64,000 bases of DNA, taken from contig CAVPHD010000012.1 in assembly GCA_963704165.1 (NCBI GenBank), positions 1 through 64,000 of the forward strand. Reading direction: 5' to 3'. Below, piece after piece: positions 25,771 through 36,090 of this stretch. A program made the position numbers and the translations under genes. The DNA is from an uncultured delta proteobacterium. GTDB lineage: Bacteria > Myxococcota_A > UBA9160 > SZUA-336. Every line of letters starts with the position of its first letter. The stretch's first letter is position 1. The notes beneath the pieces are model-generated. The model had not been told where the DNA came from. It was given only the letters and a program-made list of their open reading frames with translations, and did no database searches.

Positions 25771-27258
25771 CTAGCGCGAGTTGCGGCCTCCGCCGCCGCC
25801 CCGGCGACGGCGTCCGCGCGGACGAGATCGATCCGAGCGATCGGCGTCATTCGGAACGCCGTCCTCGGACTCGCGCTTCTCGGCCTCGGGAGGCTTCTCG
25901 TCGCGCACCGGCGTCGCTACGTGGCGATGCTCGAGATACTCGTAGAGCACGGCCGAAAGCAGTCGCCGACCCTCCGGAGTCACAGCGAGCGCATCGACGG
26001 TGGCCAGATGCGTCTCCTCGCGCGCGGGCCGATCGGCGAGCGGGATGTCACGCAGGTGATGTTCGATGTCGACGCCGAGTCGCCCGGCCTCACGCCGGGC
26101 GACCTCGGCCTCGGTCGGCAGCTTGCGCTCGGGAATGACGATCCGATTGACCTTCTGCAGCGATCGGAAGTTCCCGATGTCGAGGCCCGAGACCAGCGAG
26201 ATCGCGGTGCCGGACTTTCCCGCGCGGCCGGTGCGGCCGGTACGGTGGGTGTAGACCTCGGGCGTGACGGGCGATGTGTACGAGATCACGTGCGAGAGAT
26301 CGCTGATGTCGATTCCTCGCGCCGCGACGTCGGTGGCGACGAGCACGCGCAGCTCGCCCGCCTTGATCCGCTTCATCACGGCCTCGCGCGCAGCCTGGGT
26401 CATCTCGCCCTGGATCATGTCCGCATCGATCTCGTGGCGCTGCAGGAATCGCGTGACGAAACGAACGTCGTCGCGGGTATTGCAGAAGACGAGCGCGGAG
26501 TCGGGATCCTCGTAGCGGAGAATGCGAAGCAGGGCCTTCTCCTTCTCGTTCGCCGCCACGATGAAGTGCCAGTGCTCGATCTCCTCGGGGGCGCGCACGC
26601 CGCCCGAAGTGAGCGAAACGAACTCGGGCTCGGTCAGGAACACCCGCGCGAGCGAAACCACGCGTTGCGGCATCGTGGCCGAGAAGAGACCGGTGACCCG
26701 CTTCTTGGGCAGGTACTTCTGCAGCTCCCGCATGTCGGGCCAGAAGCCGAGCGAGAGCAGCTCGTCGGCCTCGTCGAAGACCAGCACGCGCAGCTTGTCG
26801 AGCTTCAGGTTTCCGGAACCCAGGTGATCGAGCAGCCGGCCCGGTGTGGCGACGACGATCTGCGCACCGCGGCCGAAGGCGTCGAGCTGCGGCCCGTAGG
26901 CGGTGCCGCCGTACACGGCCACCGTCTCGATGTCGAGGTACTTGCCCATCAGCTTGATCTCGTTCTCGATCTGCAGCGCGAGCTCGCGCGTGGGCGCGAG
27001 CACGAGCACCTGCGGTGCGCGCAGCTCTGGATCGATGATCTCGAGCGACGGCAGGCCGAAGCCTCCGGTCTTGCCGCTGCCGGTCATCGCCTGTGCGATC
27101 AGGTCGCGACCGCGGCGCATGACGGGGGTGACTCGCCGCTGCACGGGCATCGGGGCCAGCCAGCCCATCTCGGTCACGGCCCGTTGGATTTCCGGGGCAA
27201 ACGTCTCGAAACTGGTCAGTTCTTCGGGGAGCGCCGCTTCGGCGCCGGGTTCGGTCAT
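25771..27258 (-). CDS. DEAD-box RNA helicase
   Basis: Q motif, AMTGSGKT, PTRELA, TPGRL, DEAD, SAT, ARGID, HRTGRTGRAG; basic C-terminal tail. Confidence 0.95.
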   Translation of the reverse strand: MTEPGAEAALPEELTSFETFAPEIQRAVTEMGWLAPMPVQRRVTPVMRRGRDLIAQAMTGSGKTGGFGLPSLEIIDPELRAPQVLVLAPTRELALQIENEIKLMGKYLDIETVAVYGGTAYGPQLDAFGRGAQIVVATPGRLLDHLGSGNLKLDKLRVLVFDEADELLSLGFWPDMRELQKYLPKKRVTGLFSATMPQRVVSLARVFLTEPEFVSLTSGGVRAPEEIEHWHFIVAANEKEKALLRILRYEDPDSALVFCNTRDDVRFVTRFLQRHEIDADMIQGEMTQAAREAVMKRIKAGELRVLVATDVAARGIDISDLSHVISYTSPVTPEVYTHRTGRTGRAGKSGTAISLVSGLDIGNFRSLQKVNRIVIPERKLPTEAEVARREAGRLGVDIEHHLRDIPLADRPAREETHLATVDALAVTPEGRRLLSAVLYEYLEHRHVATPVRDEKPPEAEKRESEDGVPNDADRSDRSRPRGRRRRGGGGGRNSR

Positions 27259-28427
27259 CAGATCGGCTCGATCCTCTCGTGGTCTACGCGGGACAGTGTC
27301 GCTTCGACGAGCATCTTCACGTCCAAGCCCTGCTCGATCGCCTCGATCGGCCCGGGCCGCGTCCACGTGGCGGGCTGCCGCGGCATCAGGAAGCTGCAGC
27401 AGTCCTCGTCGGGCTCGATCGAGATCTCGTAAGTCCCGATGCGCCTGGCGAGATCGATGATCTCGGCCTTGTCGCTCCCGACGAGCGGTCGGAGCATGGG
27501 CAGGGTAGCCGCCCGGTTGATCGTGTCGAGGTTCGCGAGGGTCTGCGACGAAACCTGTCCGACACTGTCGCCGGTCACCAGGGCCAGCGCCCCCTCGCGC
27601 TCGGCGAGCGCCTCGGCGATTCGGACCATGAACCGGCGGTACAGGATGATGCGCGGCTCCGCGGGCGCGTCTCGCACGAGCACCTGCTGGAGCTCGCCGA
27701 ACGGCACCATGAAGAGGCTCGCAGGTCCGGTCCACGCGGCGAGCCGGGTGAGAGCGTCGCGCACCTTTCGCTGCGATGCATTGCTGGTCCACGGCGCGCT
27801 GTGGAAGTGGACGAAGGAGAGCTCGCAGCCGCGTTTCGCGAGCAACCACGCGGCGACCGGCGAATCGATGCCGCCCGAGACGAGCGCGAGTGCGCGACCC
27901 GAGGATCGCACGGGCAGCCCGCCCGGGCCCGGGCTCCGCTCGTGCAGCAGGATCGCCTCGCCGTGAAGCAGGTGCAGATCGACCCAGAGCTCCGGGCTCC
28001 CGAGATCGACGCGCGCTCCGGTCCGCGCCGCGATGCGCGCACCGAGCTCGCTCGCGAGTTCGTTCGAGCGGAACGGCAGCGACTTGTCGATGCGCCGGAC
28101 GCGCACGCCGAAGCTCGTGAACGCGCGGCTGGCGACGAATGCATCGACCGCGGCGGTGATCGCCTCGCGTGTCGGCTCGAAGGTCGTGGCGACACTGAAG
28201 TACGCCACCCCGAAGACCCGCCCGAGTCGCCGGACGATCTCGTCGTGATTCGCGCCTTCGGGCGCCTCGAGCAGGATGCGCCCGTACAACCGCCGCGCCT
28301 GCGCGCGACCGAGCGGCGCGAGAGCGCGCACGAGGTTCTCGCAGAGCGTCTTCTCGAAGCGCGGGCGGTTGCGGCCCTTCAGCCCGACTTCGGCGTAGTG
28401 CACGACCAGCTTCACGGTCGGGATCAT
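27258..28427 (-). CDS. thiI: tRNA 4-thiouridine synthase (THUMP + PP-loop, no rhodanese domain)
   Basis: EVGLKGRNR, SGGIDSPVA, GDSVGQVSSQT, PDEDCC. Confidence 0.93.
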   Translation of the reverse strand: MIPTVKLVVHYAEVGLKGRNRPRFEKTLCENLVRALAPLGRAQARRLYGRILLEAPEGANHDEIVRRLGRVFGVAYFSVATTFEPTREAITAAVDAFVASRAFTSFGVRVRRIDKSLPFRSNELASELGARIAARTGARVDLGSPELWVDLHLLHGEAILLHERSPGPGGLPVRSSGRALALVSGGIDSPVAAWLLAKRGCELSFVHFHSAPWTSNASQRKVRDALTRLAAWTGPASLFMVPFGELQQVLVRDAPAEPRIILYRRFMVRIAEALAEREGALALVTGDSVGQVSSQTLANLDTINRAATLPMLRPLVGSDKAEIIDLARRIGTYEISIEPDEDCCSFLMPRQPATWTRPGPIEAIEQGLDVKMLVEATLSRVDHERIEPI

Positions 28428-28430
28428 ACG

Positions 28431-29306
28431 TCAGCGCTGGCAATGCGGGCAGAAATGACTGCTCCGCGCGCCGATCACGATCCGCCGGATCGGGGTGCCG
28501 CAGACGAGGCACGGCTGGCCGCCGCGCGCATAGACCCGTCGCTCGTCCTGGTAGGCACCGTCGGCGCCATCGGGCGCGAGGTAGTCGCTGATCGACGATC
28601 CACCGGTCTCGATCGAGCGCAGCAGGACCCGACGCGCAGCCGTCGCGAGCGCCTCGCAGTCCCGGCGCGAGAGTCGACCGGCGGCGCGACGCGGCCGAAC
28701 CCGGGCCAGAAACAGCGCCTCGTCCGCATAGATGTTGCCGATCCCGGCGATCACGTCCTGCGCGAGCAGGACGCTCTTCACCGGCACGCGGCGCTTGCGC
28801 GTCGCTTCGAAGAGCTCGGCACCCGTTGCCTCGAGGGCGTCGACGCCGAGCCTCGCGATGCGCGGATCGCTTTCTCCCTTCTCGAGCAGCTTCACCTTTC
28901 CGAACTTGCGCACGTCGCGGAAGATCAGCTCGGCATCTCCGTCGTCGAACGCGAGCCGCAGGTGCGTGTGCGCGTCGGGCCGGAAGCGCGCCTGCTCGTC
29001 GGGCGCGAGGGCGCCGCGCGTCGCGGCGGAGAGCAGACGAATCGAGCTCGCGTTCCCGGTGAAGAGCTGCCCCGACATGCCCAGGTGCAAGAGCAGGCGC
29101 CGCCCGTCGCAAAGACCCGCGAGCAGGTACTTCCCGATCCGCTCGAGTCCGACCACGCGTGCGCCCGGCAACTCGCGTTCGAGTCGCGCGGGCGGCGTGA
29201 GGAAGAAATAGCTCGGTCGGGTCGTGTGCACCTTCGCGATCCGCCGGCCGACGAGAGAGGGAGCGAGCTTTCTGCGCGTGACCTCGACCTCGGGGAGCTC
29301 CGGCAT
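28431..29306 (-). CDS. mutM: Formamidopyrimidine-DNA glycosylase
   Basis: MPELPEVE, HLGMSG, GIGNIYADE, C-terminal Zn finger. Confidence 0.95.
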   Translation of the reverse strand: MPELPEVEVTRRKLAPSLVGRRIAKVHTTRPSYFFLTPPARLERELPGARVVGLERIGKYLLAGLCDGRRLLLHLGMSGQLFTGNASSIRLLSAATRGALAPDEQARFRPDAHTHLRLAFDDGDAELIFRDVRKFGKVKLLEKGESDPRIARLGVDALEATGAELFEATRKRRVPVKSVLLAQDVIAGIGNIYADEALFLARVRPRRAAGRLSRRDCEALATAARRVLLRSIETGGSSISDYLAPDGADGAYQDERRVYARGGQPCLVCGTPIRRIVIGARSSHFCPHCQR

Positions 29307-29355
29307 GTGAACAGCTTCCTCCCGGGCATCGCTTCGCGCTAGGGTGATCGACGGA

Positions 29356-31155
29356 ATGAAGGAACGGGTCTTCGGAATCGAGACGGAGTACGCACTGATC
29401 TTCCATCCGCGAGGATCGAAGACGACGAAACCCACGAATCTCGAGCTGTACCGCCGATTCGAGTCCGCGCTGCTCGGGCGGGTGCGCACGCTCCCGCACG
29501 GCTTCACCTGGCTTCGCGAGAAGGGCGGCCGATTCCTCGAGAACGGCGGCACCTTCCACTACGAAGCGACGGCCGAGGATTTCGAGAACGGACTCATCGA
29601 GATGGCGAGCCCCGAGTGCCGCGACCCGTTCACCCTGCTCGCGCACGAGCGCGCGAAGGACGAGCTGGTCGAGGAACTCTGCGACGACGTGAACCGTCAG
29701 CTCGAGCTCGCGGGCTTCCGCGGCGAGGCGCGCGTGGGGAAGAACAGTGTCGATAGTCAGGGACACACGCTCGGCTCGCACGAGAGCTACTGGGTCGAGG
29801 ATCCGCTCGGCGCTCTCCGGCTCGCGCTCTTCGTCCCGGTCTGGCTCGGGCTCTGGATCGTGTCGTTGCCGGTCGTGGCCTGGCTTCTCGTGCTCCGAAT
29901 CGGCCTGCTCGCGCTCGTGCTCGGCGTGGGCACGATCCTGCTCGGCGCGGGTGCGCTGCTCCGCCTGGTGCGCCCTGCTCTCGGTCAGCGGCTCTTCGCC
30001 TGGATGGAGCGATTCGCGCGCGAGCTGGAGCAGCATCCGGGCGAGCTCGCGCGGCGCGTCCAGACCCTGGCCGCGCCGCTCTACCCGCTCATGCGCCTCC
30101 ACTCTTTTGTGTACGATCGATTCCACTTCCTCGCGATCCGCCGCGACCTGACGGCATTCCTGGTGACGCGCACGCTGTACACCGGCGCGGGCGAGCTCGG
30201 CTTCGACGGCGGGCCGCTGTTCCGGCTCGCGCAGCGACCTCCGTTCCTGAAGGCCCTGGCGCGCATCTTTCCCGACGACGACGCGCGACCGCTCTACGAG
30301 ATGCGCGATCTGTTCTTCCAACCCTGGTCGGCGCTGCGCACTCGACGACGGCTCCACCTGTTGATCGGCGACGCGAACATGTCGGAATGGGCGCAGGCGC
30401 TCCGCGTCGGCGCGACCTCGCTCGCGCTCGAGGTGATCGAGGCGGGCACGCCGCCGGGTTGGCCGGTGCTCGCGCGACCGCTCGAGACCCTGCGGGCGAT
30501 CAATCTCGATCCAGATCTCGACGCGACCCACGAGCTGGTGGATGGAACGCGCGCGAGCGCGCTCGAGATCCAGCGGCGGATTCTCGCCTTCGTGCGCGAG
30601 CGGCTCGAAGCCGATCCCACGCCCCTCGAGAGCTGGAAGGCGCGCGTGATCGAGATGTGGCAGGAGACCCTCGACGGCCTGCGACGCGATCCCGACTCCC
30701 TCTCGGATCGCATCGACTGGCTCGCCAAGCGCCGGCTCGTGCTCGCGGAGCTACCCGAGCCCGAGGACCGTGCGGCGCTCCGCGCACGCGGCACCGACGT
30801 GATGAGCGACGGCCCGACGCTCGGCGAAGCCGACCTTCGCCTCCGCGATTGCGCGTTTCGCGCGCGGCGGATCGACCTTCGCTTTCACGAGCTCGGTCCG
30901 CGCGGCGGCGCGAGGCGGCTCGAGCGCCTAGGGCGCCTACGGCGGATCACGCGGCCCGAAGAGGTCGCTCGCGCGCGTACCGAGCCGCCCGTCGACACCC
31001 GAGCCTTCGCGCGCGGGCAGGCAATCAAGTTCGCCCACGCGAACGCGGTCTCCGGCCGGGCGGCCTGGGACCGGGTGCGCGTCGGAAAGCTCGGCCGCCA
31101 GAAGCTGCGCGACCCGCTGGACAGCGGATCGGCCCCGGTCTTCGACGATTCCTGA
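29356..31155 (+). CDS. PafA/Dop (Pup-ligase) family protein with an internal transmembrane insertion
   Basis: [76 protein letters not shown]. Confidence 0.88.
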   Translation: MKERVFGIETEYALIFHPRGSKTTKPTNLELYRRFESALLGRVRTLPHGFTWLREKGGRFLENGGTFHYEATAEDFENGLIEMASPECRDPFTLLAHERAKDELVEELCDDVNRQLELAGFRGEARVGKNSVDSQGHTLGSHESYWVEDPLGALRLALFVPVWLGLWIVSLPVVAWLLVLRIGLLALVLGVGTILLGAGALLRLVRPALGQRLFAWMERFARELEQHPGELARRVQTLAAPLYPLMRLHSFVYDRFHFLAIRRDLTAFLVTRTLYTGAGELGFDGGPLFRLAQRPPFLKALARIFPDDDARPLYEMRDLFFQPWSALRTRRRLHLLIGDANMSEWAQALRVGATSLALEVIEAGTPPGWPVLARPLETLRAINLDPDLDATHELVDGTRASALEIQRRILAFVRERLEADPTPLESWKARVIEMWQETLDGLRRDPDSLSDRIDWLAKRRLVLAELPEPEDRAALRARGTDVMSDGPTLGEADLRLRDCAFRARRIDLRFHELGPRGGARRLERLGRLRRITRPEEVARARTEPPVDTRAFARGQAIKFAHANAVSGRAAWDRVRVGKLGRQKLRDPLDSGSAPVFDDS

Positions 31156-31194
31156 GGGCCGGACTCGGGCGGGGGGCTTGGCTACGTTCGGGGA

Positions 31195-31482
31195 ATGAAC
31201 ATCACCCGCGAGACGGTGCTCTACGTCGCCCGGCTGGCGCGCCTTCGACTCGAGGACGAGGAAGTGCCGAGGATGCAGCGCGACCTCGATGCGATCCTCG
31301 ACTACGTGGCAACGCTGCGCTCGCTCGACACGACCGGAGTTCCGCCCACGACGCACGTGCTCGAAATCGCGACGCCGCTGCGCACGGACGAGGTTCGCGG
31401 CGTGCTGCCGGTGGCCGAGGTGGTTCGCAACGCGCCGCAGCACGACGAGAGCTCGATGATCGTGCCGAAGGTGCTCGAGTGA
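31195..31482 (+). CDS. gatC: Asp/Glu-tRNA amidotransferase subunit C
   Basis: [24 protein letters not shown]...VPKVLE. Confidence 0.93.
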   Translation: MNITRETVLYVARLARLRLEDEEVPRMQRDLDAILDYVATLRSLDTTGVPPTTHVLEIATPLRTDEVRGVLPVAEVVRNAPQHDESSMIVPKVLE

Positions 31483-32951
31483 ACGATCCGTGGAAGGCGG
31501 GGCTGGGCGAGCTCGCGCTGCAGGTAGCGAGCGGCGCCGTCTCGTGCCGCGAGATCGTCTCCGCATCGCTCGCCCGCATCGAACGCCTCGACGGAGAGAT
31601 CGGCGCTTTCCTGCGAGTTCGCGGCGAAGCCGCGCTCGCCGAGGCGCGCGCGGCGGACGAAGCCCGCGCCGCAGGCCGGGCCCGGTCGCGGCTTCACGGC
31701 CTGCCGATCGCGGTGAAGGACATTCTCGCGTCACCGGAGTTCGAGACGACCTGCGGCTCGCGCATCCTCGCGGGCTTTCGCGCGCCGTACGAGGCGACGG
31801 TGCTGCGTCGGCTGCGCGACGCGGGTCTGGTGGTGATCGGCTCGACCAACATGGACGAGTTCGCGATGGGTGGATCGACCGAGAACTCGGCCTGGAAGAA
31901 GACGAAGAACCCGTGGGATCCGACGCGCGTCCCCGGTGGCTCGTCGGGCGGAAGCGCGGCGGCGGTGGCAACGCGGTTCGTGCCCGCCGCGCTCGGGACG
32001 GACACGGGCGGCTCGATCCGCCAGCCTGCGGCACTGTGCGGTGTCACCGGGTTCAAGCCGACCTACGGCCGGGTCTCGCGCTACGGCCTGGTCGCCTTCG
32101 CAAGCTCGCTCGACCAGATCGGCCCGATCACGCGCTCGTGCTCCGACGCCGCGCTCCTGCTCGGCGTGATCGCGGGTCACGATCCGCACGACGCCACCTC
32201 GTACCCGGATGCGGCACCGAACTGGCTCGCCGCGCTGACCGGCGACGTCGATGGCCTGAGGATCGGCATCCCGCGCGGGTTCTTCGACGGCGAAGGCGCC
32301 GATCCCGAGACGATGGCGCGAGGACGCGAAGCGCTGCGCGCGTTCGAGAGCCTGGGGGCGAAGACCGTCGAGGTCGACCTTCCGAACAGCGCCTTCGGCA
32401 TCGCCACGTACTACTTGATCTGCACCGCCGAGGCCTCATCGAACTTGTCGCGCTACGACGGCGTCAAATTCGGGTTCCGCGCCAGGAGCGAGACGCTCGA
32501 CGAGATGTACGAGAAGACCCGTTCGGAAGGATTCGGCGCCGAAGTCAAACGACGCATCCTGCTCGGCACCTATGTGCTCTCGGCCGGCTATTACGACGCC
32601 TACTACCGGAAGGCGCAGCAGGTGCGGACGCTGATCCGCCGCGACTTCGAGCGGGCGTTCGAGGGTTGCGATCTGATCGCGACACCGACGACGCCGGGAC
32701 CGGCGTGGCCGCTCGGTGAGCGGGTCGACGACCCGCTGCGGATGTACCTGGCCGACGTCTACACGGTGACTGCGAACCTCGCGGGTCTGCCCGCGCTCTC
32801 GATTCCCTGCGGGGTCACGGGCGCCGGGCTTCCCGTCGGCGTGCAGCTGATCGGACGGCCGCTCGACGAGGCGACGGTCCTGCGCGCGGGCGATGCGTTC
32901 CAGCGTCGGACGGCGTTTCACGAACTCGTCCCCGCGGAGTTCGCGCGTTGA
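31479..32951 (+). CDS. gatA: Asp/Glu-tRNA amidotransferase subunit A
   Basis: [58 protein letters not shown]. Confidence 0.95.
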   Translation: MNDPWKAGLGELALQVASGAVSCREIVSASLARIERLDGEIGAFLRVRGEAALAEARAADEARAAGRARSRLHGLPIAVKDILASPEFETTCGSRILAGFRAPYEATVLRRLRDAGLVVIGSTNMDEFAMGGSTENSAWKKTKNPWDPTRVPGGSSGGSAAAVATRFVPAALGTDTGGSIRQPAALCGVTGFKPTYGRVSRYGLVAFASSLDQIGPITRSCSDAALLLGVIAGHDPHDATSYPDAAPNWLAALTGDVDGLRIGIPRGFFDGEGADPETMARGREALRAFESLGAKTVEVDLPNSAFGIATYYLICTAEASSNLSRYDGVKFGFRARSETLDEMYEKTRSEGFGAEVKRRILLGTYVLSAGYYDAYYRKAQQVRTLIRRDFERAFEGCDLIATPTTPGPAWPLGERVDDPLRMYLADVYTVTANLAGLPALSIPCGVTGAGLPVGVQLIGRPLDEATVLRAGDAFQRRTAFHELVPAEFAR

Positions 32952-34993
32952 AGCGCGCGCTTCTCGTCGCCGCTGCGCTCGCTGCCCTGCTCGTGATCCT
33001 CTCGGGTGTCGCGCTCTACTTCTTCGACGCGGAGACGCTGCGCGAGCCGCTGCAGCAACAGGCCAGCGCCGCACTCGGCCGCGAGACGACGCTCGGTCGG
33101 ATCTCGCTCACGCTCTTCCCGCTTCCGGCGGTGAAGGTGAACGAGATCCGCATCGCCGGGCCCAAGCCGGCGGATCGGCCGTTCGCAGAGATCGCCGAGC
33201 TCCGGCTCCGCGTCGCGATTCTGCCGCTGCTCGCGGGCCAGGTGGTGCTGCGTGCGCTCGAGGTCGATTCGCCGCGGGTGCGCGTACCGTTCGACAAGTC
33301 GGGCAAGCCGATCCTGCCGCGACCCGCGCCCGCGATCCCGAAGCCGAAGACGCCCGCCGCGCCCGAGCCGGGCGGGGCGAAGGCGAAGGCGCCCGAGCCC
33401 GGACCCGCCCTGGCCGTCGATCGAATCGCGATCTACGGCGCGCGCATCGAGGCGGGACCGTGGCTGATCGAGAACGGAGACGTCTCGGGCCGGCTCACGC
33501 TCGATGGCACCGGGACATTCCACTTCGATCTCGATCTTCCGGGCCTCGGTGAGCTGCGCAACGGCGAGGTTCGCGTTTCCGGCATTTCCGGAGACGCCCC
33601 CGAGATCGCGGCGGAATGCGATTTCAGCGCGGATCTCGCCGCTCTCCGGACCCGCTTCGGGCTCGCGCAGGAGATCTCGGGCGGAGCGCGCGGTGAGTTC
33701 GAAGTCCAGATCTCGGGCACGGACCTGCGAGCGGCGAAGGCGAACGTCGACGTGCCCGACCTGCTCGTGCGTTCCGGAGATCTGGTCGTCTCGGGACCGG
33801 CTCGCGGTCACGCGGTGCTGGGTGAGAGCTATTCGTTCGACCTCAGTGACACGCGCGTCGAGAAGACGGGCTTCTTCGCGAAGCCCAAGCGCACGCCGCT
33901 CTCGGTCACGGGTTCACTCGGCCGCGAGCCGAATCTGTCCTCGTTGCGCGAGGCGCTCGTGAAGATCGGAACGAACGTGATCCCGCTCGGGTTCGATCTC
34001 ACCAAGCGGCCGCTGCGCATCCAGGTGCGGAGATCGGCGATCGATCTCGCTTCGCTACGCGAGCTGCTTCCGCCCGACCGTCCCGCGCTCGGCGGGCACT
34101 TCCACGTCGAGGCGCTCGACGTGCAGCTCGACCCGCTTCGAATCCAGGGGAACGCAGGACTCGACCAGGTCGAGACGAAGCTCGAGCACGGTCCGATCCG
34201 CATATCGGGTCCCCTGCGCGGGCTCGGCCAGAAGGTCGCCCTCGAGAACGGAAGCGCGGTCGTCGGCGATCAGACGATCACGATCGACGCGACGTACGAC
34301 CTCGAGTCCGGGGCGATCGATGCGAGCTACGACACGGCGAACAGCCAGCTCGGCGCGATGCTCGCCGCGTTGTCGGGGCGCAGCGAAGTCGACGGCACAC
34401 TCACGTCGAAGGGAAAGCTCGCGGCCTCGAGCGCCGACGTGCGAGCGCTCGCGGGAGCCGGCCGGATCGACATCCGACCAGGACGCATCCAGGGGTTCTC
34501 GCTCGCGAAGTCGATGATGGGCGCGCTCGCCGGGCTGCCCGGACTCGCGGCGACGGCGAGCGGCAAGGATCTCTCGCGCTACGACGACGAGCGCTTCGAA
34601 CTCCTCTCGGCCGACTATCGCATCGCCGACGGTCGGATCTCGACGGAGAACCTCGAGCTCGTCTACCAGAACGCGAAGGCATTCCTGCACGGCTCGGTCG
34701 GAATCAGCGATCGCAGCCTCGACCTCGCCGGGCGCGTCGTGCTCACGCGCGAAGCGGACGCCGAGCTCGCGGGCGAGAAGCGTGCGAAGGAACGCGTGAT
34801 CCCGATCGCGCACATTACCGGCACGATCGACGCGCCGCGCATCGTGCTCGACCAGAAGACCCTCGCAGCCCTCGCGCTCGCCTACAGCGGGAACGAGAAA
34901 GTGCGCGGGCAGATCGACAAGGCGCTCGGACCCGGTGCCTCGGAGGCCGTCGAGGACCTGCTCGGAAACATCCTCGGCGGGAAGAAGAAATAG
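32948..34993 (+). CDS. AsmA-family (bridge-like lipid transfer) protein
   Basis: N-terminal anchor, AALGRE..LG, long beta-rich body, C-terminal HITGTIDAP. Confidence 0.75.
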   Translation: MKRALLVAAALAALLVILSGVALYFFDAETLREPLQQQASAALGRETTLGRISLTLFPLPAVKVNEIRIAGPKPADRPFAEIAELRLRVAILPLLAGQVVLRALEVDSPRVRVPFDKSGKPILPRPAPAIPKPKTPAAPEPGGAKAKAPEPGPALAVDRIAIYGARIEAGPWLIENGDVSGRLTLDGTGTFHFDLDLPGLGELRNGEVRVSGISGDAPEIAAECDFSADLAALRTRFGLAQEISGGARGEFEVQISGTDLRAAKANVDVPDLLVRSGDLVVSGPARGHAVLGESYSFDLSDTRVEKTGFFAKPKRTPLSVTGSLGREPNLSSLREALVKIGTNVIPLGFDLTKRPLRIQVRRSAIDLASLRELLPPDRPALGGHFHVEALDVQLDPLRIQGNAGLDQVETKLEHGPIRISGPLRGLGQKVALENGSAVVGDQTITIDATYDLESGAIDASYDTANSQLGAMLAALSGRSEVDGTLTSKGKLAASSADVRALAGAGRIDIRPGRIQGFSLAKSMMGALAGLPGLAATASGKDLSRYDDERFELLSADYRIADGRISTENLELVYQNAKAFLHGSVGISDRSLDLAGRVVLTREADAELAGEKRAKERVIPIAHITGTIDAPRIVLDQKTLAALALAYSGNEKVRGQIDKALGPGASEAVEDLLGNILGGKKK

Positions 34994-36048
34994 CCGGCGC
35001 GAGCTTCTTCACGGTCCGCCTCGCGGGAGATGCGGTCGAGCTTCTCGACCAGCGCCGTCTCCCCGGCGAGGAGCGCTACCTCCGGCTCTCGAGCGCGGAG
35101 GAGGTCGCACGCGCGATCGAGGACATGGCCGTGCGCGGGGCGCCCGCGATCGGCGTCACGGCGGCGATGGCGATCGCCGTCGAGTTCGCGCACGCCGCGG
35201 ATTCCGATCTCGGCGCGGTGCTCGAGCGCACGTGCGCGCGCCTCGCGCGTACGCGGCCGACCGCGGTCAACCTGTCCTGGGCGCTCGAGCGCATGGCGCG
35301 CGATCTCCGCGCGGGAATCGCAGACGGTTCGAGCGCGCGTGAGCTCCGCGCTCGAGCGCGCGACCTCGCGCAACGGATACACGACGACGATGTCGCCAGC
35401 TGTCGCGCGATCGGTGATGCCGGTGCCGCACTCCTGCCGTCGGCCGCCCGCGTGCTCACGCACTGCAACGCGGGCGCGCTCGCGACTGCCGGCTACGGGA
35501 CGGCCCTCGGCGTCGTGCGGAGCGCCGCGCGCATCGGTCGGCTATCGCTGGTTCTCGCCCAGGAGACGCGTCCGTTCCTGCAAGGCGCACGGCTCACGAG
35601 CTGGGAGCTCGCGCGCGACGGGATTCCCGTTCGGCTCGTCACGGACGGCATGGGCGGCGCATTGATGGCCCGCGGTGATATCGATGCGGTCGTCGTCGGC
35701 GCGGATCGGATCGCGGCCAACGGCGACGTCGCGAACAAGATCGGTACGTACACGTTGGCGGTGTTGGCGCAGGTGCATCGCCTGCCGTTCTATGTCGCGG
35801 CTCCGCTCTCGACCGTCGACCTCGCGACACCGACCGGGCGCGAGATCCCGATCGAAGAGCGCAGCTCCGACGAGGTCACGCGATTCGCCGGCCAGCGAAT
35901 CGCACCCGAAGGTGTGATCGCCCTGCACCCCGCCTTCGATGTGACTCCCGCCACACTCGTGACCGCGATCGTGACGGAGCGAGGCGCCGTGTTCCCACCC
36001 TACGACGTGGGTCTCGCGACTCAACGGCGTGAGGCGGAAGGCCGATGA
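34990..36048 (+). CDS. mtnA: S-methyl-5-thioribose-1-phosphate isomerase (apparent ATA start)
   Basis: LLDQRRLP, MAVRGAPAIG, TRPTAVNL, THCNAGALAT, GADRIAANGDVANKIGTY. Confidence 0.93.
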   Translation: MAGASFFTVRLAGDAVELLDQRRLPGEERYLRLSSAEEVARAIEDMAVRGAPAIGVTAAMAIAVEFAHAADSDLGAVLERTCARLARTRPTAVNLSWALERMARDLRAGIADGSSARELRARARDLAQRIHDDDVASCRAIGDAGAALLPSAARVLTHCNAGALATAGYGTALGVVRSAARIGRLSLVLAQETRPFLQGARLTSWELARDGIPVRLVTDGMGGALMARGDIDAVVVGADRIAANGDVANKIGTYTLAVLAQVHRLPFYVAAPLSTVDLATPTGREIPIEERSSDEVTRFAGQRIAPEGVIALHPAFDVTPATLVTAIVTERGAVFPPYDVGLATQRREAEGR

Positions 36049-36090
36049 CTCCGTTGAACCCCGTCCCGTCATCCGCGGAGCAGGCAAGCT

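Noticed and set aside
25771..30531. 1586-aa giant ORF
   Set aside because: Only the last ~495 aa are the DEAD-box helicase. The rest is a stop-free off-frame or antisense shadow of thiI, mutM and the ligase in high-GC DNA.
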